Shown: positions 1-9,319, numbered from the whole stretch's first letter. The stretch is 61,546 bases of DNA, filler included, from 6 parts of 6 records of this genome joined end to end with filler, not necessarily neighbours in it, one strand, 5' to 3'. Made by a program: numbers and translations. Notes: generated by a model not told the origin, from the sequence alone.

Positions 1-630
1 GTTTACATCAATTTGATATTCCTGAACAAATCCTCCGATAGAGGCAACTTCTGAAACGCCATCAACTGCGTTTAAGCCGTATTTTACATAAAAGTCCTGT
101 GCGGTGCGTATTTCGTGCAGATCCCAGCCGCCTGTAGGGTTATTATCTTTGTCCCTACCTTCCAATGTATACCAATATACTTGACCTAAAGCTGTAGCAT
201 CGGGACCTAAAGTTGGCGTTACGGCATCTGGCAAAAGGCCGGCTGGAAGTGAATTTAATTTTTCTAAAATCCGGGACCGCGACCAGTAGAATTCAACATC
301 GTCATTAAAAATAATATAGATACTAGAGAATCCGAATATTGACGAACTTCTAATGGTCTTAACACCCGGTATGCCAAGTAAATAAGTGGTCATTGGATAG
401 GATATCTGATCTTCGATATCCTGTGGTGAGCGACCTGGCCACTGTGTAAACACAATTTGCTGGTTCTCACCAATGTCCGGTATTGCATCTACTGGAACAG
501 GATCTTTAGGAATAAATCCCGTATTCCAATTGAACGGTGAGGTAGAAACACCCCATAAGATTAACGCAAATAATATAAGAACAGTAACTAACTTGTTCTC
601 TAAAAAGTATTTAATAATGTTATTAAGCAT
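1..630 (-). CDS. cusA: CusA/CzcA-family heavy-metal efflux RND permease, N-terminal part (runs off the window edge)
   Basis: Manual translation from ATG at 630: MLNNIIKYFLENKLVTVLILFALILWG...PVDAIPDIGENQQIVFTQWPGRSPQDIEDQISYP...LGPDATALGQVYWYTL. DAIPD, GRSPQ and LGPDAT are CusA hallmarks. Absent from the ORF track because no stop lies in the window. Confidence 0.9.
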   Translation of the reverse strand, partial: MLNNIIKYFLENKLVTVLILFALILWGVSTSPFNWNTGFIPKDPVPVDAIPDIGENQQIVFTQWPGRSPQDIEDQISYPMTTYLLGIPGVKTIRSSSIFGFSSIYIIFNDDVEFYWSRSRILEKLNSLPAGLLPDAVTPTLGPDATALGQVYWYTLEGRDKDNNPTGGWDLHEIRTAQDFYVKYGLNAVDGVSEVASIGGFVQEYQIDVN

Positions 631-732
631 TTTATGAAATATTGGGTTGGAATTAAAAGAAATGTTCCAAAGGCAAGAAATGCCCTTAGCCATACTAAAT
701 CAATAGCACGGCAAAACTTCATAAGAAAGCTT

Positions 733-1149
733 TTAAATAAGGAAAGTCTGGTGTAGGATAGGAATATCCTTAACCAAGAGAGGTGGAGGGTAGTGGTTAA
801 ACGGAACTATGTTCTCTTGTAACCCCTCAAAAAGATTTAAGTAACTATATACAAAAGAAACTACAAATTTATGTTGCTCAAAATTTAATTTTTCAAGCGA
901 AACTTTTAGGTCATCCAGTCCTAAGACAGAAAGAGTCTCATCTTCACAACATCCTATTTTTTTTAAGTTGTCATCATGGGAATTGGACAGTTGTTGTATA
1001 TCCATACCGCAAGACTCTGCCTTGCCGAACATGGAAAAATCAACCAAGGTATCTCCACAATAATGCTGCTCGACCGTGAATGAAAAGGTCGAGAACAGCA
1101 CCAAAAGTGCCATCGAAAAAGATACTATTTTATGAAAAAGACTCTTCAT
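733..1149 (-). CDS. HYC_CC_PP family protein (copy 1)
   Basis: N-terminal hydrophobic segment, HYCGD, CCEDE and YPPP motifs, C-terminal ILHQTFLI; directly upstream of cusA. Confidence 0.85.
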   Translation of the reverse strand: MKSLFHKIVSFSMALLVLFSTFSFTVEQHYCGDTLVDFSMFGKAESCGMDIQQLSNSHDDNLKKIGCCEDETLSVLGLDDLKVSLEKLNFEQHKFVVSFVYSYLNLFEGLQENIVPFNHYPPPLLVKDIPILHQTFLI

Positions 1150-1157
1150 ATACTATG

Positions 1158-1165
1158 CAAAAGTA
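1158..1165 (-). promoter_or_regulatory. Bacteroidota -7 promoter element (TACTTTTG), proximal promoter of HYC_CC_PP-cusA
   Basis: Matches TAnnTTTG, 8 nt upstream of the ATG at 1149. Confidence 0.55.
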
Positions 1166-1234
1166 CAAAAATTTTAGTGTAAGGCTATAGTTTAACAAAA
1201 ATTTAGAATTGCGGAAATCCATTATTAGAAAGGG

Positions 1235-1277
1235 CAAACCTAGTTGATTTCAATTTTTTATGACATGATAAATATCA
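1235..1277 (-). promoter_or_regulatory. Distal promoter: palindrome TGAT-N4-ATCA (1266-1277), 23 nt, TAGGTTTG (1242-1235)
   Basis: Same architecture and spacing as at 7980-8022 and 30735-30777. Confidence 0.65.
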
Positions 1278-1330
1278 TCTTTTTAGAAATGGGTGGCCCT
1301 CAATCGACATAAAGGGCTTCAAGAAAGTTT

Positions 1331-1409
1331 ATTTAGAATTTTTATAAATAGTTTTGTAAGGTATGTAGAAATCAACTACGTTTGTAATTTATTTTTATTA
1401 AATCTAAAT
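1331..1409 (+). promoter_or_regulatory. Promoter of the TonB-dependent receptor (TTTG 1353-1356, TACGTTTG 1377-1384) flanked by two Fur-box-like palindromes (1331-1349, 1391-1409)
   Basis: ATTTAGAATTTTTATAAAT and ATTTTTATTAAATCTAAAT resemble the flavobacterial Fur box ATTTAGAATTATTCTAAAT (consensus recalled, not searched). The -33/-7 spacing is 20 nt. Confidence 0.6.
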
Positions 1410-1418
1410 AAATACAAC

Positions 1419-3653
1419 ATGTGGAAGCCATTTCTAATATCCCTCTTTTTTCTCTCTTTTTATACCAAGGTGCTGAGCCAAGACACTCTAGATCGGAAAG
1501 ATTCTACGGCCCTTAAAACCGAGGTGTTGAACGAGGTCATTGTGAACGGCAACTCCATACTAGGTAGTACGTTCGAGGCAAAGAATAGGACAGGTTCTGC
1601 GGTCTACATATCGGATAAAGAACTCCTGAAATTTAGTTACAACGATATTAACAGAACCCTAAAAGGTGTGCCCGGGATCAATATATATGAAGAAGATGGG
1701 TTTGGTCTTCGGCCAAATATAAGTTTACGTGGTACCTCACCCGAGCGGAGTGCCAAGATCAACCTTATGGAGGACGGTGTCTTAATTGCCCCGGCCCCAT
1801 ATAGTGCCCCGGCAGCGTATTATTTTCCGACCATTGGCCGAATGCAAGCTGTGGAAATATTGAAAGGAAGCAGTCAAATTCAGTATGGGCCAAATACGAC
1901 AGGCGGAGCGATCAACATGATTTCAACTCGCATTCCCGACCAACTTTCGGGAAGGGTCGTGTTGTCTGCCGGTAATTTCAACTCAAGAAATACACAGGTT
2001 GTCGTTGGTGATAATTATAAGAATATTGGGTTTGTTAGTGAATACTACAACTATAATTCTGATGGTTTTAAAAACTTGGACGGAGGTGGTAATACAGGTT
2101 TTGATAAATCTGATTATTTGGCAAAGTTCCGTATAAGTACTGATGAAGATGCCAGATTCTATCAGTCCCTTCAATTTAAAATTCAGTATTCCGAGGAGAA
2201 GGCCAATGAAACGTATTTGGGACTTACAGATATAGATTTCAAGGAAAATCCGTACCGCAGGTATCGGGCTTCGTCAAAAGATGTGATGGATTCGGAACAC
2301 CAACAGTACCAATTGACCCATTTTTTAAAACTTTCCCCGGCACTCAGCATACAAACCACAGGCTACCTTAATAAGTTCAAGCGCAATTGGTATAAATTGG
2401 ATGATGTTAATCTGGGGGAGCGTGTCGGAATCAACAATGTGCTCGCAGACCCTGAGAGGTACGCCATGGAGTACAATGCATTATTGGGAAATAGCGATAC
2501 TTCCGAAGACGTGTTCGGTATAAAGGCAAACAACAGAACATACACCTCAAATGGTGTTCAATCCATAGCCAAATTACGATGGGGTTCGGATTGGTTACAA
2601 ACCCTGGAAGCGGGAATACGTTATCACGAAGATGACGAGGACAGATTTCAATGGGTGGACAGGTATGCATTTCAAAATAAAGAATTAATAAGGACTACAG
2701 TAGGCGAAAAGGGTGCAGATGCCAATCGTATAAGTTATGCGAAAGCCGTCGCTGCGCATTTTTTATATAAATTAAGTATTAACGGACTGACAGTTACTCC
2801 GGGCCTGCGCTATGAGAATATAACGTTGGGTAGAACGGATTATGGAAGCAACGATGCGGCGAGGTCGGGCATTGACCTTTCCGAAAGGGAGAACAGGGTG
2901 GATGTTTGGATACCGGGATTGGGTGCCAATTATAGCTTTGCCAATAATTTGTCCGTTTTTGGTGGAATTCACAAAGGGTTTTCTCCTCCAGGAAATACTG
3001 ACGGCCAAAATCCGGAACAAAGCATAAATTACGAACTGGGTACACGTTTCAACCACAGTGGTCTAAAAGGCGAAATAATAGCGTACTACAATGATTATCA
3101 AAACCTACTGGGAAGCGACCTTGCCGCGACTGGCGGTACGGGCAGCCTTGACCAATTCAATGCAGGCGAGGTACGGGTAAGCGGGGTAGAGGTATTGTTG
3201 AACTACGATTTTTTAAAGAACAGCTCCGAAAAGCTAAGACTTCCCGTATCGGTATCCTATACCTTGACCGACACCAAGTTCCTCAGTTCCTTTGAAAGTG
3301 ATACCGATATATTCGGAGAGGTCACGGAAGGCGATGAAATTCCTTACATCGCCAAAAATCAGTTTAATTTGAATCTTGGATTGGAGCATGAAAAATTTGC
3401 ACTAGATATGGGTTTGCGCTATACCGACGCCTTTAGGACGCGAGCGGGAACGGGCACAATACCGGAAAACCAAAAAGTAGATTCCAATTATGTTATTGAC
3501 CTGTCGGGTCGATATTTTTACAATAAACACCTCACCTTCTCTACTAACATTATCAATTTAATGGATGAAACCTATGCGGTATCCAGGGTTCCGGCAGGGT
3601 TAAGACCGGGGCATCCTTTTGGCATCAACTTTTCACTAGCCTATGGTTTTTGA
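1419..3653 (+). CDS. TonB-dependent receptor, FecA-like iron transporter
   Basis: Plug motifs (EEDGFGLRPNISLRG, VEILKGSSQIQYGP..GGAIN) and C-terminal Phe. Start moved to ATG 1419, which gives a signal peptide and lies downstream of the promoter. Confidence 0.9.
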   Translation: MWKPFLISLFFLSFYTKVLSQDTLDRKDSTALKTEVLNEVIVNGNSILGSTFEAKNRTGSAVYISDKELLKFSYNDINRTLKGVPGINIYEEDGFGLRPNISLRGTSPERSAKINLMEDGVLIAPAPYSAPAAYYFPTIGRMQAVEILKGSSQIQYGPNTTGGAINMISTRIPDQLSGRVVLSAGNFNSRNTQVVVGDNYKNIGFVSEYYNYNSDGFKNLDGGGNTGFDKSDYLAKFRISTDEDARFYQSLQFKIQYSEEKANETYLGLTDIDFKENPYRRYRASSKDVMDSEHQQYQLTHFLKLSPALSIQTTGYLNKFKRNWYKLDDVNLGERVGINNVLADPERYAMEYNALLGNSDTSEDVFGIKANNRTYTSNGVQSIAKLRWGSDWLQTLEAGIRYHEDDEDRFQWVDRYAFQNKELIRTTVGEKGADANRISYAKAVAAHFLYKLSINGLTVTPGLRYENITLGRTDYGSNDAARSGIDLSERENRVDVWIPGLGANYSFANNLSVFGGIHKGFSPPGNTDGQNPEQSINYELGTRFNHSGLKGEIIAYYNDYQNLLGSDLAATGGTGSLDQFNAGEVRVSGVEVLLNYDFLKNSSEKLRLPVSVSYTLTDTKFLSSFESDTDIFGEVTEGDEIPYIAKNQFNLNLGLEHEKFALDMGLRYTDAFRTRAGTGTIPENQKVDSNYVIDLSGRYFYNKHLTFSTNIINLMDETYAVSRVPAGLRPGHPFGINFSLAYGF

Positions 3654-3757
3654 AATAAAAATCGAAGATTAAGTATCGTTGTACCTAATGGTATAAAGTT
3701 ATTTTTGATTTTATTCCCTGTAGCGAAGAATCATGAATTAAAAAAATTGAAATATAT

Positions 3758-4504
3758 ATGAAAGCCTTTAGAAGAAAATTACTCTTTTCCCTTTTGATTT
3801 TGCCCTTCCTTAGCTTGGCACAAGAAAGGATAGTGGACAAGGCCATTGAGGTATCGGGTATGGAAAAAATGAAAAATGCAGAGGCTTCCTTTACCTTCCG
3901 TAAGCATACCTATAGTTACAAACGGCAAAACGGACAATTTACTTATACAAGAATCGGTAAGAACAGGGACATTAGTTTGGTGAGGGATGTATATACCAAT
4001 AAAGGGTTTACCCGTTATTTTGACGGTACCGTGGCACCTATCACGGAGGAAAGAAAAAATGCCTATACAAATTCGGTCAATTCCGTAATGTACTTTGCAT
4101 TTCTTCCCTTGTGGCTAAAAGACCCTGCCGTTGTTCTTGAGAATAAGGGCACCACCTTTATCAAAGGAATAGAATACCATAAGATTCGTGTAACCTTTAA
4201 AAAGGAGGGCGGTGGCGTTGATTTTGAGGACGTGTTCCTTTACTGGTTCGATGTTGAGGATTATAGTATGGACTACTTGGCCTATAAGTATTTTACCGGT
4301 AAAGGAGGGATGCGGTTTCGCGAGGCATATAATCAACGTACCGTTAACGGCGTTACCATACAGGACTATCGGAACCTGCAACCGAAAATAAAAGACGGGG
4401 TTCCTTTCGGGCAAATTGAAAAAGCCTTTGAAAATGGAAAACTGGAAGAGCTTTCCATTATAGAATTAAAAAATGTGAAAATAAAAGCAATTCCAAAATC
4501 CTAA
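3758..4504 (+). CDS. Secreted conserved hypothetical protein (DUF6503-like)
   Basis: Signal peptide; NSVNSVMYFAFLP..L.DPAV and GGMRFREAYNQRTVNG segments typical of this Bacteroidota family. Confidence 0.65.
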   Translation: MKAFRRKLLFSLLILPFLSLAQERIVDKAIEVSGMEKMKNAEASFTFRKHTYSYKRQNGQFTYTRIGKNRDISLVRDVYTNKGFTRYFDGTVAPITEERKNAYTNSVNSVMYFAFLPLWLKDPAVVLENKGTTFIKGIEYHKIRVTFKKEGGGVDFEDVFLYWFDVEDYSMDYLAYKYFTGKGGMRFREAYNQRTVNGVTIQDYRNLQPKIKDGVPFGQIEKAFENGKLEELSIIELKNVKIKAIPKS

Positions 4505-4860
4505 ATTTTGGCCTACCAGGATAGTATTCTTAAAAACTACAAACACCTATTCAGATAAGTTCCTTACATATGTTCTATCACCAAAGTTATACGTCTTTCC
4601 ACCTAGTGTAGGAACTATACCGGTTTTTTTAAATGTTGGGATCTGAAAGCATTTTTTGAGGAAATTGTATAAAAAAGAAAGAAAATTGTGTAGAAGAAGG
4701 TCTTTGCGGTTGCATACATTTATTCCAATAATTCAATTGGAATGGCACAAGCATACAGAACCCATGAATCCAATAAAGTTCTAACTTGAATTTTTCTAAG
4801 AGACTGTTTTGAAATGATGGATTTTTGCCGAAAGAACGAATCTCTTTAAAACCGGAAACC

Positions 4861-6582
4861 ATGCAGATAAAGGAATCTTCGACAATGTATGATGTTATCA
4901 TCGTCGGCTCTGGGGCAGGTGGTGGAATGGCCACTAAAATACTTGCCGATTCGGGTCTAAAGGTTGCCGTGGTGGAGGCAGGCCCTTTTTTTGATCCCAA
5001 AGATCCTGAACAAATGACACAGCTAAAGTGGCCATGGGAATCTCCGAGAAGAGGGGCGGGCACCGTGAGGCCATTTGGCGATTTTGATAGTGCCTATGGT
5101 GGCTGGGATATTGAGGGAGAGCCCTATACCAATATGGAGGGTAGCAATTTCAGATGGTTCCGTTCTCGGATGCTCGGCGGCAGAACCAATCATTGGGGCA
5201 GGATTTCATTACGATTTGGCCCCAAGGATTTTAAGCAAAAAAACGAGGATGGATTAGGCGACAATTGGCCCATTTCCTATGAGGATGTCAAGCCATATTA
5301 TGACAAAGTGGACAAATTGATCGGGGTTTTTGGCACCAATGAAGGCTTGCCCAATGATCCGGACGGTTTCTTCCTGCCCCCTCCCAAACCAAGACTACAC
5401 GAACTTTTTTATATACGCGGAGCACGAAAATCGAACATACCTGTTTATCCCTCACGGATGTCTATCCTTACCAAGATGATAAATCCCGATAGGGGCATCT
5501 GCTTTTATTGTGGGCAATGTTATCGGGCGTGTATGGTATATGCCGATTTCTCTTCGGAAACCTGTTTGATTTTCCCCGCACAAAAAAACGGAGGCCAGAT
5601 CGATCTATTTGTGAATGCCATGGTAAGGGAGGTTACGACCAATGAAGAAGGTAAGGCAACGGGCGTTTCCTACATCAGCAAAGAGGATAGAAAAGAATAT
5701 AAGCTAAAGGGAAAGGTCGTTGTGCTTGCAGCATCGGCCTGTAGCACGGCCCGTATACTGCTAAATTCCAAAAGTGCCCATCACCCAAATGGATTGGGCA
5801 ATAGCAGCGATATAGTCGGAAAGTACCTGCACGACTCCACGGGGGCGAGCAGGGCGGCCTTTATCCCAGGCCTGATGAACCGTAAAGTATCCTATAATGA
5901 GGATGGTGTGGGAGGCATGCACGTTTATTCTCCTTGGTGGGGCGATAATAAGAAATTGGATTTTCCGCGTGGCTACCATATCGAGGTATGGGGCGGTATG
6001 CGCATGCCTAACTATGGGTTCGGGTTCAATGTAAATGAGTTCAACAAGTTCTTTGGGACAACTGTCGGAGGATATGGCAAAGGCCTCCGGGAGGATATCA
6101 AAAAATATTACGGGGCTGTCCTTGGCTTTGGAGGCCGGGGCGAATCTATTGCCATGAAGGATAATTACTGCGAAATAGACCCTACCAAGGTCGATGAATT
6201 TGGTATTCCCGTACTTCGCTTCCATTACAAATGGTCCGATTACGAACGCAAACAGGTAAGGCACATGCAGGATACCTTTGAAGAACTGATCCACAATATG
6301 GGTGGGGAAGCGTTGGGCGCAAAACCCATCAAGGAAGAGGATTATGGCATATCCCCGCCAGGCTGGATCATTCATGAGGTAGGCACTACCAGAATGGGCA
6401 ATGATCCCAAAACTTCGGTAACCAATAAGTTTCAACAACTTCACGACACGGATAATGTATTTATCGTTGATGCGGGCCCTTTCGTATCCCAAGCGGACAA
6501 GAACCCGACCTGGACCATTTTGGCCCTCTCTTGGAGAACATCGGACCATATCATCGAACAATTGAAACAGCAAAATATCTAG
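4861..6582 (+). CDS. GMC-family FAD oxidoreductase (glycoside/sugar dehydrogenase large subunit)
   Basis: GSGAGG FAD motif, GGRTNHWGR, Cys cluster CFYCGQCYRAC, HEVGTTRMG, NPTWTILALS. ATG 4861 preferred over TTG 4825. Confidence 0.9.
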   Translation: MQIKESSTMYDVIIVGSGAGGGMATKILADSGLKVAVVEAGPFFDPKDPEQMTQLKWPWESPRRGAGTVRPFGDFDSAYGGWDIEGEPYTNMEGSNFRWFRSRMLGGRTNHWGRISLRFGPKDFKQKNEDGLGDNWPISYEDVKPYYDKVDKLIGVFGTNEGLPNDPDGFFLPPPKPRLHELFYIRGARKSNIPVYPSRMSILTKMINPDRGICFYCGQCYRACMVYADFSSETCLIFPAQKNGGQIDLFVNAMVREVTTNEEGKATGVSYISKEDRKEYKLKGKVVVLAASACSTARILLNSKSAHHPNGLGNSSDIVGKYLHDSTGASRAAFIPGLMNRKVSYNEDGVGGMHVYSPWWGDNKKLDFPRGYHIEVWGGMRMPNYGFGFNVNEFNKFFGTTVGGYGKGLREDIKKYYGAVLGFGGRGESIAMKDNYCEIDPTKVDEFGIPVLRFHYKWSDYERKQVRHMQDTFEELIHNMGGEALGAKPIKEEDYGISPPGWIIHEVGTTRMGNDPKTSVTNKFQQLHDTDNVFIVDAGPFVSQADKNPTWTILALSWRTSDHIIEQLKQQNI

Positions 6583-6586
6583 GAAA

Positions 6587-7306
6587 ATGGACAGAAGAAA
6601 CAGTATAAAATCTATTATTTTGGGTTCGGTCGCCGGAGGATTGGCCGTACACGGATGCAAACCGAAAGCAGAGGCCAAGGCGGAACAGACCAAGGCCTTA
6701 CCTGGCTACAACTACAAATATGGAAGAACCCCAAAGGAAAAGGGGTTGATCGTGGAACTGGAGAAGGAACAGTTTTTCAACGAACACGAGCTGGAAACCA
6801 TTGCCGTTCTGGGTGATTTAATCTTGCCCGCCAATGAAGAATTTGGTAGTGCATCGGATGCCGGGGTTCCCGATTTTATAGAGTTCATGGCCAAGGATAT
6901 TCCTGAAATGCAGACAACCCTCCGAGGCGGTCTGATGTGGTTGGACCATAGTAGCAATACCGAATTTGGTGCAGAATTTAAATCGGCACCGGAAGAACAA
7001 CAAAAACAACTAATGGATGCCATCGCCTACCCCGATATCAAAGTCCCCGAGGCCGAACGCCCTTTGGAAATACAGTTTTTCTCGTTGATGAGAAATTTGA
7101 CGATTACCGGATATTATACCTCTAAGATCGGCATTCAGGATTTGGGCTATAAAGGCAACACACCCACGGTTTGGGATGGCGTACCGGAAGATGTACTGAA
7201 ACAGCACGGAGTTGCTTACGAAGAAGAATGGCTCGCAAAATGTGTGGACCAAAGTAAAAGGGGCATTCTGGCCGAGTGGGATAGCGATGGCAATTTATTG
7301 ACATAG
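6587..7306 (+). CDS. Gluconate 2-dehydrogenase subunit 3 family protein (Tat-exported partner subunit)
   Basis: MDRRNSIK twin-arginine leader, ASDAGVPDFI, FFSLMRNLTITGYYTSKIG..DLGYKGN; 4 nt after the GMC gene. Confidence 0.88.
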   Translation: MDRRNSIKSIILGSVAGGLAVHGCKPKAEAKAEQTKALPGYNYKYGRTPKEKGLIVELEKEQFFNEHELETIAVLGDLILPANEEFGSASDAGVPDFIEFMAKDIPEMQTTLRGGLMWLDHSSNTEFGAEFKSAPEEQQKQLMDAIAYPDIKVPEAERPLEIQFFSLMRNLTITGYYTSKIGIQDLGYKGNTPTVWDGVPEDVLKQHGVAYEEEWLAKCVDQSKRGILAEWDSDGNLLT

Positions 7307-7418
7307 CCCATAAACTATCTTATTTTTCTCAAGAGCATAGCATCTGGCCCTAAAGGCAAATATTACAATGTCGAAAAAGTTAACAAATGGTGTTCGTTGG
7401 TGTCATGAAGCAACTGTT

Positions 7419-7862
7419 TTACTCAAACACGCGCAGTATATTTCCGGTAAGCTCAGTTCTGAATATTTTTAGCGGATTGCTTGTGATGCTGTTTAACGGT
7501 TTTCCCGTTTGGTCAAACCGTGCACCATGCGTTGAACAGTAATAGATACCCCCATCCTTCGAAATAAATCGCACTTCCTCGGTCTGTTGATGGCTACATA
7601 TTTGACTGGCGGCCACATACTGCCCCTCCATGTTTTTGGCCACTACCACGAATTCCTTTAGGATAAATCCGCCGTTGTTCTGTAAAGGCGCACCTTCCTG
7701 AGCGTCAAGGTCAATGGTAAAGTCAATTCCAGTAGGTATAGGCCTCATATCCTCGGGGGCAACATCTCCGTTGCCATCTTTCGAACAACCATGAACACAG
7801 GGAAAAACTATGGCGAATGCCGCACCGGCACCCAAATTCCGTAAAAACCGCTTTCGTTCCAT
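7419..7862 (-). CDS. Rieske [2Fe-2S] protein, probable Tat-exported lipoprotein
   Basis: CSH...CSTHGARFD Rieske boxes; MERKRFL leader ending VHGC. Confidence 0.85.
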   Translation of the reverse strand: MERKRFLRNLGAGAAFAIVFPCVHGCSKDGNGDVAPEDMRPIPTGIDFTIDLDAQEGAPLQNNGGFILKEFVVVAKNMEGQYVAASQICSHQQTEEVRFISKDGGIYYCSTHGARFDQTGKPLNSITSNPLKIFRTELTGNILRVFE

Positions 7863-7979
7863 AACAGATATGTTTATAAGAAAGGAACGACTTTATTGGA
7901 AAAAAAGTATCCTTAAACTAATTGCACTTAATTATTTATTTGGCCGATTTTAACGATTACAGAATTTTTCTGACAAACA

Positions 7980-8022
7980 TGACAATAGTCATATTTTTGT
8001 TTAAACCCTTCATTTACATTTG
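7980..8022 (+). promoter_or_regulatory. Promoter: palindrome TGAC-N4-GTCA (7980-7991), 23 nt, TACATTTG (8015-8022)
   Basis: Same architecture as 1235-1277 and 30735-30777; upstream of HYC_CC_PP copy 2. Confidence 0.65.
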
Positions 8023-8134
8023 TACAGGTAATTAGCTAAAAAACAATATAACTCTATTATTTTAAGTGTTTTAAGCACATAAAATCCGAATAAGTTACTT
8101 TAAAACTTGAAAAAAAATTGATTAACTTGAGAAC

Positions 8135-8557
8135 ATGAAACGCCTTTTTCACAAAATATTTGCATTCACTTTAGCTTTCGCGGTGCTTTTTTCCACTACC
8201 GCGTTTGCAGCCGATATGCACTTTTGTTGTGATAAATTGGTGGACCTTGCTGTTTTCCGTAAAGTAAAATCTTGCGATGAAAAAGTCAAGCAACAAGATG
8301 AAAAATCTACCAAAGAATGTTCCCTAGGTCAAAAGGATTGTTGTAGCAACCAAACCTTTGTAAAGCAAGGAGAGGACAATCTAAAATCGGATTCCTTCGA
8401 ACTGGATGCCAACAAGGTAGTTTTCTTAAAAGCATTTTTCTACACCAATGTAAATCTATTTCAAGGCCTTGAACTTAAAACAGTTCCCTTAATAAACTAT
8501 TATCCTCCCTGGATTGAACGGGACATACTCGTACTTCACGAAACTCTCTTGATTTGA
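8135..8557 (+). CDS. HYC_CC_PP family protein (copy 2)
   Basis: Aligns by eye with 733-1149: MKxLFHKI, HFCCD, CCSNQ, YYPP, VLHETLLI. Confidence 0.85.
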   Translation: MKRLFHKIFAFTLAFAVLFSTTAFAADMHFCCDKLVDLAVFRKVKSCDEKVKQQDEKSTKECSLGQKDCCSNQTFVKQGEDNLKSDSFELDANKVVFLKAFFYTNVNLFQGLELKTVPLINYYPPWIERDILVLHETLLI

Positions 8558-8737
8558 TTTTTATTTAAGCAGATTATTGTAAAAATAATCTGTGCTTCCC
8601 CATTGGCCAACAGTACATTGTTGGTTATCTACTGTCGCACCTATTTTCTAGCGACAACCTTTTTCGACCTGTATTTTATCAGAGAATCAATCCTCTGACG
8701 CTTTATAGTTCAGTTAAGAACATTAATATTTTCATAC

Positions 8738-9319
8738 ATGGAATCCACTAGAATTTATTGGATCATGAACATGGTCTGTAGACGGTGCCTAAAGGTCATA
8801 AAACAAGAACTCGAAGAAATCAATGTGGAGATTGTTTCCCTCGAACTGGGGAAGCTGACCGTGCGCGCTAACAAAAATATAGATAAGGAAATCGATAGTA
8901 AAGTAATGGAAGTACTTCACTCCAATGGATTTGAAATCGCACAGAGCGAGGAAGAAATGCTAGTAGAAGAAGTCAAGATCACACTCATAGAGATTATAAA
9001 AGAGTTGCCAATACATATAAAAGAAAAGACATCGGAACATTTGGCAATGACCTTACATCGTGATTATAAGCTTTTGAGCAAACTGTTTTCCAAAAATGAG
9101 CATACCACAATCGAAAAGTATTTTATAAAACTAAAGATCGAGAGGGTGAAGGAGCTGATACAGCTACAACAATATACCTTCTCGGATATAGCCTACATGT
9201 TAGACTATAGTAGTGTAAACCATTTGTCGAGACAGTTTAAGAATATCACGGGCATAAGCATGACCGATTATAAAAATGCAGAAGATTGGGAGCGCAGTTT
9301 CTATGACGAAATTATATAG
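8738..9319 (+). CDS. AraC-family regulator with N-terminal metal-binding (HMA-like CxxC) domain
   Basis: NMVCRRC at the N-terminus; C-terminal HTH segment FSDIAYMLDYSSVNHLSRQFKNITGIS. Confidence 0.9.
   Translation: MESTRIYWIMNMVCRRCLKVIKQELEEINVEIVSLELGKLTVRANKNIDKEIDSKVMEVLHSNGFEIAQSEEEMLVEEVKITLIEIIKELPIHIKEKTSEHLAMTLHRDYKLLSKLFSKNEHTTIEKYFIKLKIERVKELIQLQQYTFSDIAYMLDYSSVNHLSRQFKNITGISMTDYKNAEDWERSFYDEII

Noticed and set aside
1293-1418. GTG start for the TonB-dependent receptor
   Set aside because: The extension covers the promoter and Fur-box-like sites; ATG 1419 gives a normal signal peptide.
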